Shown here in pieces: positions 27,833 to 37,650 of a DNA stretch of 64,000 nt. The translations under genes and the position numbers were made by a program. The stretch is from an uncultured Bdellovibrionales bacterium (lineage in GTDB: Bacteria > Patescibacteriota > Minisyncoccia > Moranbacterales > UBA9337). The notes under the pieces were generated by a model that was not told the origin of the DNA, ran no database searches, and saw only the letters and a program-made list of their open reading frames with translations. The stretch spans positions 18,424 to 82,423 of the forward strand of contig CAZSCV010000001.1 in the NCBI GenBank assembly GCA_964605525.1. The letters are read 5' to 3'. The first letter of the stretch is position 1. Each line of letters opens with the position of its first letter.

Positions 27833-28612
27833 CTACTTTTCCAACATCTTCCACATCATCTCAAAATATTGCCGGTGGGTTTCGGCGAAGTCCCTACTTT
27901 CTATTACGACGATAATGTTTTCCTCCTTGGTTGAGAACATTGCAATCTTGTTTCCGAAAATTATTTCCGTCGAAGGAAATTGGAACTCTTTCGGAGCAAG
28001 GCGCGTTTCTCGGTTGTGCTTCAAATCTATTTTTTGAAGCTTTTGCGCCGACTGCGAATCTTCATTGATAGCTCGGCTGGAAAAACCCAGACGAACTTTC
28101 TTTTTTTGGATCTCTTCCAAAAAACTTTCACCCGCAAATTCAATGAATGTTTCAATACGAGCCAAACTCAAAAAGTTTTTGTCCTTGGAAGAAAAAATAT
28201 CATTCCAAACTTTTTTGAACCCTTTTTCTCCCTCATAAACCCTAATCTGGGGTTTAAAGGAATCGCCTAGATAGATGGCATTGATCGTCGGTAGGATGTC
28301 CTCCACGATTTTTTTGGATTTTTGCAATTCATGATGTTTTTCATCTAGAAGCGCATACAGCTTGCCAGTCGGATTTTCAGAAATCAACCTCCTTTTCTTA
28401 CCTTTCTTTATTTCCGTGACAAATCCTTTAATTTTCAACTTTTCAACAATATCATAAACCGTCCCGCGGCTTAATTCAGTGCCTTCAGAAATTGAAGGAA
28501 TAGAAGCTTCGCTATTTTCCATAACTGACAGATATATCAAAGATTCCTTATCAGTTAATCCTAATTGTAAAAGACCGCTCAGAACCTCCTTTTTTTGAAT
28601 TTTGCTTAACAT
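27833..28612 (-). CDS. TrmB-like winged-helix transcriptional regulator, paralog 4 of 7
   Basis: LTDKESLIYLSVMENSEASIPSISEGTELSRGTVYDIVEKLKIKGFV wHTH. Conserved C-terminal block ...IIVVIESRDFAETHRQYFEMMWKMLEK. Promoter TTGATA-N17-TATATT ends 2 nt before ATG (leaderless). Confidence 0.7.
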   Translation of the reverse strand: MLSKIQKKEVLSGLLQLGLTDKESLIYLSVMENSEASIPSISEGTELSRGTVYDIVEKLKIKGFVTEIKKGKKRRLISENPTGKLYALLDEKHHELQKSKKIVEDILPTINAIYLGDSFKPQIRVYEGEKGFKKVWNDIFSSKDKNFLSLARIETFIEFAGESFLEEIQKKKVRLGFSSRAINEDSQSAQKLQKIDLKHNRETRLAPKEFQFPSTEIIFGNKIAMFSTKEENIIVVIESRDFAETHRQYFEMMWKMLEK

Positions 28613-28705
28613 AATAATATATACTTAATTTTTATTATTATCAATACTATCCGTCATTTTAAATTATCTAATGAATATATAACCCTTATTTAAGGCAAAA
28701 TAATG

Positions 28706-28740
28706 CAAAATAAAAAATGACGGGATGTATCGTCATTTTA
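28706..28740 (-). terminator. rho-independent terminator of the AAA-ATPase gene
   Basis: AAAATGACG ggatgtat CGTCATTTT. Perfect 9-bp stem with T-run on the minus strand. Confidence 0.5.
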
Positions 28741-28773
28741 ACAAAAAATGTCTCTTATGTCAATAACATAGGC

Positions 28774-28795
28774 CTAATTATACCTAAATTATACC
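28774..28795. repeat. direct repeat A flanking AAA-ATPase cassette 1 (CTAATTATACCTAAATTATACC)
   Basis: Near-identical 21-22-mer recurs at 30095-30115 (CTAATTAGCCTAAATTATACC) in the same orientation. The two bracket the ATPase gene plus its operator/promoter. Confidence 0.45.
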
Positions 28796-28813
28796 CATTT
28801 TGTACCTATTTTT

Positions 28814-29998
28814 TTATTTCACCTTTTCCAATTCATTGATTTTATCCAAATCAAAAATATCCCTGATTAATATTTTATTTTTTGCCTTAATATTATTGAA
28901 TAAATCCTCCTGTTTCCGGGGCATTTCTGAATTATATTTCACTTCAATCAAGGTTTTATTTTCCGTTAAAAAATCAATTTCATTGCCATCTTGGTATACA
29001 TATCGCGGATTAAGCTTCTTTATTTTCAGATAAACATAATTTTCAAGCAAACTGCCTTTATCGCGAAAGCCCGTAAAATATACGCGCATGCCTAAGTCGG
29101 CAGCATAAATCTTTTTGGCCGACAACAAGCGCTCATTGGTTTTGCCGAAACGCGGCACCAAAAAAATCAAATAAGAATCAGCAAACATCTGCAGATATCG
29201 CTTGGCTGAATCCGGTGAAATATCCAAAATTTTAGCAATCTTATTGATACTGCAAACCTTGCCCGCCCTTTCCATTAGCAACAGAAAAAAATCCTTGAGA
29301 ATTTGCACATCTTTTACGCCATAAAAAGCGGCGATGTCTTTTTGGATTATGTCATCCACCAATTCTTTCAAATACTCGATGTTGCCGGTCAAAACATATT
29401 CCGGCATTCCACCGACCTGCATAAAATCTTCGAAATAACTTTTCAGCAAATGTTTATCAGTTTTTTTAATCACAACTTTTTTAAATTGCAAATATTCTTC
29501 AAAATCCAACGGCAAAACTTCAACTATCATATTGCGCCCTGTCAAAAATGCTTTCCTGCTTTTCAGGAGTGAAGCACTGGATGATGAAGCATAAACTTTG
29601 GCATTTTGCTGGTCATAGATGTTTTTAAGTTGCAACTCAAAATCTTTTTGATACGTCACCTCATCCAAAAACAAAAATATTTTTTCAGAAAAATTCAATC
29701 TATGGATTTTTCTATACTCCTCGATAATCTCCAAAATACTCTTGCCTGTCAAAAGATAATCATCCAGGCTGACATAGAAAATCAATTTTGGATCAACTTT
29801 CCTTTGATCTATAAGATGTCGGATAATCTGCTTCATTAAAGTAGTCTTGCCCACGCGCCGCAAACCAGTCAAAATAGTCACCTGCCTACTTGCCAGATTA
29901 TCCTTCAAAACTTCCAAAATGCGCGGTCTTTCAATGATGTTTTCCGCCTTAAATTCAGTTTCCCACCAAGGATTATAGCGATATAATATTTGTTCCAT
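28814..29998 (-). CDS. AAA+ ATPase (AAA_14 + DUF4143-type, family recalled), copy 1
   Basis: Walker A TGLRRVGKTTLMKQ. Walker B IFLFLDEV. C-terminal KYN...D[FL] block resembles the DUF4143 family. Start set at ATG 29998 (MEQILYRYNPWW) because the ORF-track start at 30055 is a TTG codon lying inside the promoter. Confidence 0.65.
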   Translation of the reverse strand: MEQILYRYNPWWETEFKAENIIERPRILEVLKDNLASRQVTILTGLRRVGKTTLMKQIIRHLIDQRKVDPKLIFYVSLDDYLLTGKSILEIIEEYRKIHRLNFSEKIFLFLDEVTYQKDFELQLKNIYDQQNAKVYASSSSASLLKSRKAFLTGRNMIVEVLPLDFEEYLQFKKVVIKKTDKHLLKSYFEDFMQVGGMPEYVLTGNIEYLKELVDDIIQKDIAAFYGVKDVQILKDFFLLLMERAGKVCSINKIAKILDISPDSAKRYLQMFADSYLIFLVPRFGKTNERLLSAKKIYAADLGMRVYFTGFRDKGSLLENYVYLKIKKLNPRYVYQDGNEIDFLTENKTLIEVKYNSEMPRKQEDLFNNIKAKNKILIRDIFDLDKINELEKVK

Positions 29999-30027
29999 AA
30001 AACTATTTTTACTATTTACAAATACAT

Positions 30028-30079
30028 TATACGATACTATCGTATAATTTGTCAAATATCTATACGATAGTATCGTATA
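30028..30079 (-). promoter_or_regulatory. promoter with twin 19-bp palindromic operators (TATACGATA-c/g-TATCGTATA) upstream of AAA-ATPase 1
   Basis: Sense strand: TATACGATACTATCGTATA-gatat-TTGACA-aat-TATACGATAGTATCGTATAAT. One palindrome abuts the -35. The other fills the 18-nt spacer and supplies the TATAAT -10. Palindromes at 30028-30046 and 30061-30079. Confidence 0.5.
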
Positions 30080-30094
30080 TCGTTATCAAGAAGT

Positions 30095-30115
30095 CTAATT
30101 AGCCTAAATTATACC
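30095..30115. repeat. direct repeat B flanking AAA-ATPase cassette 1 (CTAATTAGCCTAAATTATACC)
   Basis: Pairs with 28774-28795 and is 1.3 kb away in the same orientation. Confidence 0.45.
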
Positions 30116-30274
30116 TAAGCTCGATTTTCTTATTATTCGTAAAAATTTTTATACTTTCCCTGCCCCTTTCCAAGCCAATTCAAAAATGGCTTTTTGAGCA
30201 TTGGCGATTTCAGTTACAATTCAATGATTTTCAAAATAGCTGGCTTTTTACTCACTTTTTGCTAGAATTGGAAT

Positions 30275-31138
30275 ATGGAAAAATATCCCAAGATATTTGT
30301 TGTTGTGCTCAATTACAATGGAAAACGAACGCTAATGGAATGCTTGCGGTCGGTTTTTGACTGCGATTATTCCAATTTTGAAGTTGTTTTGGTGGATAAT
30401 AATTCAACTGACGGATCTTTTGAAACCGCCAAAACGAAATATCCAAAAATTCACTTCATTAAAAACAGTAAAAACATCGGCTTTGGAGCGGGAAATAATA
30501 TTGGAATCCGTTTTTCCTTAGAAAAAATGGCAGATTTCGTGTTCTTACTTAACAATGACGCTTACTTGGAAAAATCAACCCTATCCATATTAACAGAAGA
30601 AGCACAGAAAAATCCCTCTTCAGGCATTTTGAATCCACTCATCTTAAATAAAAGCGACGATAGCATTTGGTTTTCCGGAGGAAACATTGACTGGCTTAGG
30701 ATGCGCGCATACCATCTTCACGCACCACAGAAAGCGCTCGACACGTTCAAAACCGCATATGCCACCGGATGTGCCATGTTGGTAAAAAAAGACGTGTACA
30801 AGAAAATAGGACTTTTCGATGAAAATTTCTTTTTATATTATGAAGATGCTGATTTTTCCGTCCGCGCCAAAAGAAAAGGGTTTACTATATTAGTGGTTCC
30901 ACGATCCACAGTTTGGCACGATGAGCAAAGTACAAATAGCCCGCAAAAATTATACTGGCTAGTTTTATCTGGAATCTTATTTTTTAAAAAAAATATGCCC
31001 GCTTGTCTGCGTCCCTGGTTTTATTTTTATCTCTGGATAAGGAAAATGAAAAATATACTGGATTTGCACGAGAATAAAAACAATCAAAGCGCTCAAAAAA
31101 TAGCCCGGGCGTTTCTTGACGCAAAAAAATACCACTAA
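30275..31138 (+). CDS. family 2 glycosyltransferase
   Basis: IFVVVLNYNGKRTLMECLRSVFDCDYSNFEVVLVDNNSTDGS plus DxD-like LNNDAY are classical GT2 (GT-A) signatures. Confidence 0.8.
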   Translation: MEKYPKIFVVVLNYNGKRTLMECLRSVFDCDYSNFEVVLVDNNSTDGSFETAKTKYPKIHFIKNSKNIGFGAGNNIGIRFSLEKMADFVFLLNNDAYLEKSTLSILTEEAQKNPSSGILNPLILNKSDDSIWFSGGNIDWLRMRAYHLHAPQKALDTFKTAYATGCAMLVKKDVYKKIGLFDENFFLYYEDADFSVRAKRKGFTILVVPRSTVWHDEQSTNSPQKLYWLVLSGILFFKKNMPACLRPWFYFYLWIRKMKNILDLHENKNNQSAQKIARAFLDAKKYH

Positions 31139-31157
31139 TCGGCAATTTCTTATTTTT

Positions 31158-32429
31158 ATGTATTATTATCTACTTCTTTTTTTGGCACTTTATCTGCCAT
31201 TTCAAATTGCCCTCAATCCAACACAAGGAATTGATCTTGCTTCTGTAAGAATCCTTGCGTTGCTTATTTTCTTTCTCTGGCTTCTTCGGGGATTAAAAGA
31301 AAAAAAACTCGTATTAACATCTTCCTCTGTTTCCCCATTGATCATTTCTTTTCTCTTTTTTTGCTTATTTTCAACTTTTGCCTCCCAGAATATCCAATGG
31401 TCCGTCAGAAAATTATTATTTCTTCTTTCTTTTTTCCCTCTATTTTTTGTCATTTCCGCCTCTTTATGGAACAAAGAAAAAATAAAATTATTGTCAAATC
31501 TCCTTGTCCTAGGAGCATTTTTAACTGCAATCATTGGACTATTTCAATTTTCTCTTCAATTTATCTTAGGAATAGATACATCCCTATCTCTGTGGGAAAA
31601 AATAACCACACCATTGCTGGGAAACTCTTTTTCTCAATCAGTTTTCCAGCATAGCAGTTGGCTTGTTAATATCAACAATCGCACATTTTTTCGAGCCACA
31701 TCTCTTTTTCCCGATCCACATATGCTTTCTTTTTATTTAAATATGCTTTTCCCTTTATCCTTAGCGATTTACTTCTCTTCTTTTGAAAAAAAATATGCCT
31801 TTATTTCAGCAGTTATCCTTTTGGCAAGCCTGCTGACTTTTTCCCGCGGAGGATATTTTGGATTATTAGCTGGGACAATTTTCTTTTTTTCGTTTTTCCT
31901 GGCACGCAAAAAATATCAACTCAAAACCGCTTCAACTGTTGCGATTTTCTTCGCGAGCATCCTAGTTATTTTTTTCGTTTTTTTTACAACGCCCATAGGT
32001 CAGCGTTTTTTTTCCAGCTTTAATTCGCAGGAAGGTTCGAATTCAGAAAGAATCAAAATTTGGAACAAAACGATTGAAATTATTCAAGAAAATCCCCTCC
32101 TTGGGGTTGGCATTGGAAATTATCCTCTTTCAATTGAGCCTGCTTCCACCTATCGAGATCCCATCTATGCCCACAATACCTATCTTGATTTGGCAGTTGA
32201 AACTGGAATCATAACTTCCTTAATTTGGATTGCCATTCTCTTTTTATCTATTTTCAATTTAACACAAAACAAAACATCTCTCATTTTTCTGGGTTTTTCC
32301 AGTGGAATTGTCTCTTTTTCCGCTCACTCTTTTTTTGACACCGCTATTTTTTCCGTCCACGTACTTCCTCTTCTGATCATTTTTATCGCTTTTTCCGCCA
32401 TAAAAGAAAAATCATATGAATTGGTTTAA
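31158..32429 (+). CDS. O-antigen ligase/polymerase-like (Wzy_C) membrane protein 1
   Basis: 12 TM. YAHNTYLDLAVETGIITSLIWIAILF matches the Wzy_C motif (aHNsyL...E.G..G). ORF-track start 31116 overlaps the GT2 gene, so start placed at MYYYLLLF. Confidence 0.55.
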   Translation: MYYYLLLFLALYLPFQIALNPTQGIDLASVRILALLIFFLWLLRGLKEKKLVLTSSSVSPLIISFLFFCLFSTFASQNIQWSVRKLLFLLSFFPLFFVISASLWNKEKIKLLSNLLVLGAFLTAIIGLFQFSLQFILGIDTSLSLWEKITTPLLGNSFSQSVFQHSSWLVNINNRTFFRATSLFPDPHMLSFYLNMLFPLSLAIYFSSFEKKYAFISAVILLASLLTFSRGGYFGLLAGTIFFFSFFLARKKYQLKTASTVAIFFASILVIFFVFFTTPIGQRFFSSFNSQEGSNSERIKIWNKTIEIIQENPLLGVGIGNYPLSIEPASTYRDPIYAHNTYLDLAVETGIITSLIWIAILFLSIFNLTQNKTSLIFLGFSSGIVSFSAHSFFDTAIFSVHVLPLLIIFIAFSAIKEKSYELV

Positions 32430-33648
32430 TTGGCAACAAAAAGAAAACCTAGTTTCAATCCTTTGTCTTCATTCTCTTTATTTGGTTGTTTTTTTTGCTC
32501 CCGTATACTTAATCCGCCTATCAATCGCAAACATTCCGACTAATTTGCTGGAGATTTTTATTCTTATTTCCTTTTTTTTATGCATTTTCTCTTGTAAAAA
32601 AATTCAAATTAAAAAATTATATGCAATTAAAAAATTTCTTATTATCATTTTATTTCTTTTGCTTGGCTTAATCACCTCCTCTATTTTTGGAAAAAATCCG
32701 CTGACTGAGTTGGGAATAATAAAAAGCTGGTTCCTTTTCCCCTTGCTTTTTTCATTGCTTATTTTTGTAAAAATAGACACTTTTAAAAAAATTGAAGCTA
32801 TCTTAAAATACTATTATTTCTCCTCTTTGACATTGTCCCTGCTTGGAATTATATACATTGCAAGCGGAAAACTAACCTATGACGGGCGACTGAGCCTTTT
32901 TTATTTATCGCCCAATCATTTTTCAATGCTGCTAGCCCCGGCGGCTCTAATCGGCTTTTATTTCATATTTTCTACTCAAAAAACCGCCCTTTTTCAATTT
33001 TTTCAATTTATCATTCTTTTAAATTTTTATTTCACCTATTCATATTCCGCCTGGATAGCGGTTATTTTCAGCTTATTTCTGTTTCTACTTTTAACTAAAA
33101 GGGCTTTTTTTTCAAAACCAATTCACATTCTCGGCATCTTTATTGTTTCCTCTGTTTTATTGATTTCCCAGTTTCAAAATCCAAAAATTCAAAACATTTT
33201 CAATTCAAAAAATCATTCTTCCCTCGAGTCACGCCTGATCATCTGGAAAGTATCCAAAAAGATAATCTCCGAGAATTTCATTTGGGGAATTGGACCGGGA
33301 AATTTCCAAGAAACATACTTGTCTTGCCAAAAATATTTTCCGCCTTATCCGGAATGGGCAGTCCCGCAACCACATAATATCTTTCTTGCTTTTTGGCTTC
33401 AAACTGGAATTATTGGATTATTATCTTTCTTGTTGCTTATTTTTCTTTGGATGAAAGATCTTTTTTTCTTTACAATAAAAAACGACAGCACTCAATTTAA
33501 AAAAATGAGCGCCCTTCTTTTAGTTATTATGCTTTATATACTGCTTCACGGATTACTCGACACACCTTATTGGAAAAATGACCTTTCTCTTTACTTCTGG
33601 ATATTTTTTATTCTCGGTCTGATTTTAAAAGAAAACATTACAAATTAA
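32416..33648 (+). CDS. O-antigen ligase/polymerase-like (Wzy_C) membrane protein 2
   Basis: Polytopic. PQPHNIFLAFWLQTGIIGLLSFLLL Wzy_C-like motif. 14-nt overlap with the preceding paralog. Confidence 0.55.
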   Translation: MNWFNWQQKENLVSILCLHSLYLVVFFAPVYLIRLSIANIPTNLLEIFILISFFLCIFSCKKIQIKKLYAIKKFLIIILFLLLGLITSSIFGKNPLTELGIIKSWFLFPLLFSLLIFVKIDTFKKIEAILKYYYFSSLTLSLLGIIYIASGKLTYDGRLSLFYLSPNHFSMLLAPAALIGFYFIFSTQKTALFQFFQFIILLNFYFTYSYSAWIAVIFSLFLFLLLTKRAFFSKPIHILGIFIVSSVLLISQFQNPKIQNIFNSKNHSSLESRLIIWKVSKKIISENFIWGIGPGNFQETYLSCQKYFPPYPEWAVPQPHNIFLAFWLQTGIIGLLSFLLLIFLWMKDLFFFTIKNDSTQFKKMSALLLVIMLYILLHGLLDTPYWKNDLSLYFWIFFILGLILKENITN

Positions 33649-34780
33649 TTCTATATAGTTTTTCATCCAGTCTATTTGTAAAAAATAAAGCATCCTCAGA
33701 AGGGGATAAAAATAATCCCTTAGCATCATAATCACTTGTAATTTCGTTCAATTCAACTAACCGATTCCTTTCTCCGGTTTGAATATTTATTTTCCAGAAG
33801 ATATCTTTGGTAAAAAATTTTTCATTCTGATAATCATCCGGCATCATCATATCCGAGTCAATGGATGATGGGACTGCACAATAAATAAAAACATCATCCT
33901 TTGACCAGACACATTTTGAAACAAGTGTGGGCATTTTCAAATCTTCATAATTCTCCCCATTTCCATTTGAAAATCCCAATTCCATCTTTCCTGCAAATGA
34001 ACTGATTAAAACCTTATCCCCCCTATTAGACCACAAATAATCCGCCCCGTAGCGCTCAGTTTCTTTTCCAATATTCTCCGCCTCACTTACCACACCATCG
34101 ATAAAACTCACTGTTGAAGCTTTTTTCAATTGAGTTTTTTCATTTGCAAATGGAAAACTCCAAAAGAAAATATTATTCTTACCAACGGTTGCGTAAATTG
34201 ACACCATCTTCCAGGGAATATTGGCAATTTTTCTTGCATTTTTTCCATCAAAATCAGCAATCATCAAAATGCGCGATCCATCAGAAGGATTGAATTTTTT
34301 ATACAAAATACGCTCATCCGATCCTGACCAAACCGCATAATCCATATTCTCTTCGTATTTATGGACTGTTCCTGTTTTGCCGTCATACCAGGCATAATAT
34401 TTTTCTCCATTCTCTCCTGCCATCAAAATAATAGCTCTGGCTCTGCTTGGCGACCAAATAAAATCTTTAATTCCCGTAATCGGACTTCTATTTGAATTTT
34501 TTCTCAATTCGCCCGTGAAAGAAACCGAAAAAAGCTCCCCGGACGGAGAAAAATAATTAATCTTATTATTCTCGGAATCAACCTTAGGAAAAAGCATACC
34601 GCTATCGCCTAGAGAAATAATTTTTTTTACAGATTCCTCATTTTTAAAAACGCCCAATGTTTCATTCTCGTTGTTAATCGTATTTTCCGCTTTCTGGGAG
34701 CGAAAAGAAACATTATATGCCACAAAAAAAATCAACACGAAAATAAGCGCTACTAAGGAAAATATGAATAATTTTTTCAT
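33638..34780 (-). CDS. membrane-anchored TolB-like beta-propeller (PD40-repeat) protein
   Basis: N-terminal TM (LFIFSLVALIFVLIFFVAY). Repeated [FY]xWSxxxxxxhh blades (FIWSPSRARAIIL, YAVWSGSDERILY, YLWSNRGDKVLIS, CVWSKDDVFIYCA, LFLSPSEDALFFT). Confidence 0.5.
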   Translation of the reverse strand: MKKLFIFSLVALIFVLIFFVAYNVSFRSQKAENTINNENETLGVFKNEESVKKIISLGDSGMLFPKVDSENNKINYFSPSGELFSVSFTGELRKNSNRSPITGIKDFIWSPSRARAIILMAGENGEKYYAWYDGKTGTVHKYEENMDYAVWSGSDERILYKKFNPSDGSRILMIADFDGKNARKIANIPWKMVSIYATVGKNNIFFWSFPFANEKTQLKKASTVSFIDGVVSEAENIGKETERYGADYLWSNRGDKVLISSFAGKMELGFSNGNGENYEDLKMPTLVSKCVWSKDDVFIYCAVPSSIDSDMMMPDDYQNEKFFTKDIFWKINIQTGERNRLVELNEITSDYDAKGLFLSPSEDALFFTNRLDEKLYRINL

Positions 34781-34789
34781 TTTTTTTGT

Positions 34790-37609
34790 TTAATTTCTAT
34801 TTTTTTCACCAACTTCACTCGGGTAAAAACCAAATATTAAACTCGCGGTTGCAACCAAAACAAATATCGTCAAAATAATCCTAAGCAAGAAAAATATTTC
34901 TCCTGATATATTCGCGGAAAGAGTTGCCAAAATTTTTCCAATTCCGCTTTTATTAGCGAGTGGATTTCCAGCTTCGATTTCTATTTGCACCGATTCATTC
35001 ATTGTAATTTCAGTTGAATTTGATTGTTGAATTCCCCAAAACTTCTGAAGCGCTCTTCGTACGTCCGTTGATTGAACATATTCGGCTTCCAAGGAAACAT
35101 TATATACGCTCCCTATCGGTTTATCGACTGTAAAAAATATTCTTTCAGTTGAGACATCTGCTTGCTCAATGCCATCTATAAACCATTTTAGCGTTGAATC
35201 ACTCTCAATAAACTCCGGGTGAAACTCCCCGATAAGTGAAACTCCACTTCCAGGAGTACTTACAAACAAATTTTCGCTATAATTAACCAGGTCGTCTGAA
35301 GGAGTATTGCCCGTTATATCGACATAACTTCCCAAAACCTTTCTTTCAGATCCCGCTTCTGGAATAAGTTTCAAATATGGATTAACAATTTCAAATCTTC
35401 TCATAAGATTAATTCCCAAACTACCCTCTCTCGAACTTCCATTAATGTCATTTGCAGTCAAACTAAGATCAAATGTCTTTCCTGCTTCTCCGGCAACAGG
35501 AAAAAATATAACATTTGTTTGTCTTGTATCTTGACAACTTGCGCTCATATCTTGATTGCATTGCAAATCCGATCCATTTACCTCCCATGAATAATTCGAC
35601 AAATCATCCGACGCAATTCTCGCGCCGATAATTTGACCGGCAGCCACATAACAAGTTTTATCTTCCGCACATATTTCATCATTCAAGGACATTTCTAGTG
35701 TATTTGGGTCTAAATTAACATTATATAAGCTAATGCGGTCAGAACTTGAAGTAATTCGAATGATCACATCTGAACGTCCTGCCCTAGTTAAGCCAGAATC
35801 AAAAACCTCCTCAACTTCAATATAAATTCTCAGATACCCAACACCTTCATTATTAAATATTGCATCATAATTATTACTATTATTTGCAACATTTAAATTA
35901 AATTTAAGTTCAGAGATATTATTACCCTCAAGCAAACTCATTTCCGTTTCTTGACGAAAACTCGATAAAGCGGAAATACTTTCCCAATCATCCAAATCCA
36001 AACTCATTCTTTTACTTGGAGTATTAAGTCTTTTCACATCCCATCTATAATAAGTTTGACTAGTATCATGATCTCCATTCATAGAAACAGCTTGAACGAA
36101 AACCATATCCCCCATTTTCCCCCCACTGGCGTCATTATTAGGAGAGTCTGGTCCATATTCCAATGAAACTTCCAAATTAGTTGGCTGTCCGCCCTCAACA
36201 GGATCGACTAAATTATCCTCGAGACAATCATTTATATCCATAGTTGCAGTAGGAATAGTTACGGGATACCCCTTGATGATTTTTTGATAACTTCCTATAT
36301 TTTGTACGTCGCATTTATTTTTTGGAAGCGCCCACATAATCATCATTGAAGCATTATCATGTTTAGTTGGAATAATAGATTTTCCTTCTACTACAACACC
36401 CACCTTATCCCCAGGCATATAGTTCCATGTAAATCCATCAACTCCCAGTCCAGCAATTGTTGCTTCATCGTTCTGCCCCCTATCTGCAGTATCAGGATCC
36501 CTAGGATTTGTTCCCCAAAATTCTTCCTCAGTTGTACCAAAACTATTATTGCCCGTTATATTACTATCGGAATTTGGAAATAAATGTTCACAAGCACTCG
36601 CTATTGTTGAGCTAGCTAATTGATCCGCCCTACAATAAGTTATCGGCGTTCCTGAAGCGGAACAAGATAAAGATCCGCCCCCAAGATCAGCGCAACTCGG
36701 ATCTAAAAATGTATCGGAAATGCAATAAGGCTGTGTTCCCAATGGACAACTCGCAGTACAAATATCTTCCCCGGGATTACTCGGATCAGAATAGCATTGC
36801 GAAAGATTGCAATAAACATCGAACCCCGAATCAGTACAAGTATCATACTCAGTAAATAATCCACTAATTATGCCTCCCGAAAATTCTCCGTCACTGGAAC
36901 ACGTTTCAACATAATCTTTAACACACGTCACATTTTGAGAAGGACAACTGCTAAGCGTATTTGGCACTATTGCTCCGGTAAGAAAACTGGTACTTTCATC
37001 ATTCCCTCCGCTATCTGCTAATTCATAATTATCTCCATTTGAAAAACTATGCACATAGCAATATGCCGGGGATAGATTATTATCCCCGCCAAAACGAGCG
37101 CGGTACCCATCATCATCCCACGATCCTTGCGTATTTATTCGATCATCAAATCCATTTTGAGCAATAATCCTACTTGCCTCAACTTTCCAATCTTCTTCAT
37201 TCACCCTATTGTCATCATTAACATCACAAGATGATTGATAGTCGGAACTTCCTCGTGAAGCAATTTCACATCCTTCGTGTTTTATATACCAAGTAAAATA
37301 TAATGATTCCTTTTGATTACTAAAATAAGATGGCAATGCTTTGGCAATTATCTTCTCCCCAGGCTTAGGATTGGATGGTGAAAATGATAACATAACTTCT
37401 GGCGGAGTTGTCTTTCCGTCCGCGACATTCAAGCTTTCTCCTAAACTTTGAACGGAAGCACTGTTTATATGATATCTTTGCTCTAAATCAGTCGCAACCT
37501 CATTGGCTGATGGAATATGCAGAGCCATAACAGGGTACGAACCAAAAAGAAAAAGTTCAACGAATATCCATAATAATAGAACAATTTTATTTTTTCTATG
37601 TTTTTTCAT
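34790..37609 (-). CDS. large Cys-rich secreted protein with C-terminal membrane anchor (939 aa)
   Basis: Signal/TM at N-terminus (IVLLLWIFVELFLFGSYPVMALHIPSA). More than 50 cysteines in the central region (CxxxC-rich modules). C-terminal TM FFLLRIILTIFVLVATASLIFGFY and short cytoplasmic tail. Confidence 0.5.
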   Translation of the reverse strand: MKKHRKNKIVLLLWIFVELFLFGSYPVMALHIPSANEVATDLEQRYHINSASVQSLGESLNVADGKTTPPEVMLSFSPSNPKPGEKIIAKALPSYFSNQKESLYFTWYIKHEGCEIASRGSSDYQSSCDVNDDNRVNEEDWKVEASRIIAQNGFDDRINTQGSWDDDGYRARFGGDNNLSPAYCYVHSFSNGDNYELADSGGNDESTSFLTGAIVPNTLSSCPSQNVTCVKDYVETCSSDGEFSGGIISGLFTEYDTCTDSGFDVYCNLSQCYSDPSNPGEDICTASCPLGTQPYCISDTFLDPSCADLGGGSLSCSASGTPITYCRADQLASSTIASACEHLFPNSDSNITGNNSFGTTEEEFWGTNPRDPDTADRGQNDEATIAGLGVDGFTWNYMPGDKVGVVVEGKSIIPTKHDNASMMIMWALPKNKCDVQNIGSYQKIIKGYPVTIPTATMDINDCLEDNLVDPVEGGQPTNLEVSLEYGPDSPNNDASGGKMGDMVFVQAVSMNGDHDTSQTYYRWDVKRLNTPSKRMSLDLDDWESISALSSFRQETEMSLLEGNNISELKFNLNVANNSNNYDAIFNNEGVGYLRIYIEVEEVFDSGLTRAGRSDVIIRITSSSDRISLYNVNLDPNTLEMSLNDEICAEDKTCYVAAGQIIGARIASDDLSNYSWEVNGSDLQCNQDMSASCQDTRQTNVIFFPVAGEAGKTFDLSLTANDINGSSREGSLGINLMRRFEIVNPYLKLIPEAGSERKVLGSYVDITGNTPSDDLVNYSENLFVSTPGSGVSLIGEFHPEFIESDSTLKWFIDGIEQADVSTERIFFTVDKPIGSVYNVSLEAEYVQSTDVRRALQKFWGIQQSNSTEITMNESVQIEIEAGNPLANKSGIGKILATLSANISGEIFFLLRIILTIFVLVATASLIFGFYPSEVGEKNRN

Positions 37610-37650
37610 ATTTTTAAAATTTCTTTAAATAGTTTATTTTAAATATTTAT

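Noticed and set aside
30053-30055. ORF-track start of the AAA-ATPase 1 ORF (N-terminal extension MTNYTIVSYNV...)
   Set aside because: The codon at 30055-30053 is TTG, and the extension runs through the TTGACA -35 box and a palindromic operator. The in-frame ATG at 29998 (MEQILYRYNPWW) was used instead.
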